A stretch of DNA of 64,000 nt, from positions 4,435,777 through 4,499,776 of the forward strand of contig BDGG01000004.1 in the NCBI GenBank assembly GCA_001949185.1, read 5' to 3'. This DNA is from Ramazzottius varieornatus (taxonomy: Eukaryota; Animalia; Tardigrada). This document shows, in pieces, positions 63,052 to 64,000 of the stretch. A program made the translations under genes and the position numbers. Position 1 is the first letter of the stretch. The number at the start of each line of letters is the position of its first letter. The notes under the pieces are model-generated. The model had not been told where the DNA came from, ran no database searches, and saw only the letters and a program-made list of their open reading frames with translations.

Positions 63052-64000
63052 GGCTGGGAGGTTCTGATGCAGACGAATAAAGTGAGAAGACAGAAAACTA
63101 AAACAATGGTAATCTGGTTTCGCGGAGAGTAATTGTCATTTTATAGCGAATTCAGTCAAGGATTGCATGTGGGTTAGCTAATTGTAATGGCTGTTGATCT
63201 TACGAGCGAACCGGCAAGGTGGCTCGACGCACACGTACGTCTCTGGGCTTTTGCGGGAGGATTTGACTGTCTAAGGCACCTAGCCCAGCTTCACGTAAGA
63301 AGCAGGAAAAAGTGATCGGTGATCGCGGAGAGCTTTTTGTTGGGTTCGCTGGTCCGTCTGATGACGGTATGGCTTGGACTAGACTGGAACGTCAAACGTC
63401 ACGCTTCATTTGAACAACAACGCACATTACTATTACGTTTGCTGACACTGGTTTTTCTCCCTACCGTGTCATAAGGTTCTGCAAAAAAACGTTTGCCCGG
63501 TCGGACCGCTGTCCGTCATAGCCAGTTCTTTGATATTGACCAACATTGCTTTGCCAGCTCAGACGATCAGCCCTTCTGAAGTAATTAACGTAAGTGAAAT
63601 CATCTTATTGCACATGTCGACTCAGAAAGCACCAGCTACAGCTCCCTGATGTCACATTCCGATTTTTGCGGCGATTTGACAGATTTCCCCCAAAAGCCTA
63701 CGCTATACACGCAGCTGCGGCCGGTTGGATCTTTTCACCTGGGTGGAGACATGAAAGGCCTTTCTTTCTCTGACGTGTTTCCCCCATTCTGGTTGCACTT
63801 TTCGAGCCCTGACGCCCCTTGCTCACGCTGCATGGCATTTACATGCCGTCTTCGCAAGTCACTGCGGTGCCTCCTACGCCCAAGATATCGTTTCTCTAGA
63901 AAGTGAAGACACCCAGGTCCAGAAAACAAGCAAAAATGTGTTTATTTCTCGCTGAAGGCCGGCATGTACTTGACACGCGATTCCGGTAAAAGAAATAAGA

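Noticed and set aside
1-64000. tRNA, rRNA, snRNA genes, telomeric arrays, horizontally transferred bacterial genes
   Set aside because: None recognisable by eye. All identified genes are intron-containing eukaryotic families. A tRNAscan/Rfam search would be needed to exclude small RNAs.

Overview
Eukaryotic (animal) genomic DNA with many short GT-AG introns; a compact invertebrate genome (a tardigrade-like source is only a guess). In order: (1) the 3' 18 exons (at least ~2600 aa) of a giant KASH-domain nesprin/MSP-300/ANC-1-like gene made largely of unusual non-spectrin repeats, whose KASH exon is absent from the ORF track; (2) a complete Eph receptor tyrosine kinase gene (18454-38769); (3) a divergent, probably non-inhibitory serpin; (4) a class IA PI3K p110alpha-like gene (minus strand); (5) an unassigned minus-strand gene; (6) TMX1; (7) a decayed Tc4/Tc5-type DNA transposon with 231-bp TIRs and a TTA duplication in a CTTAG site; (8) a Cip/Kip CDK inhibitor; (9) head-to-head PET117 and RRP46/EXOSC5-like genes; (10) a secreted GGGY-repeat protein. 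The most striking unexplained signal is a dispersed ~120-bp palindrome with 19 paired copies (17 intronic, 2 intergenic, none in coding exons). Its core is CAAGTGGCGCAC-N24/25-GTGCGCCACTTG, with a near-invariant spacer length, arm-to-arm covariation and a CTCF-like half-site. Exon boundaries were read by eye and no database searches were run.
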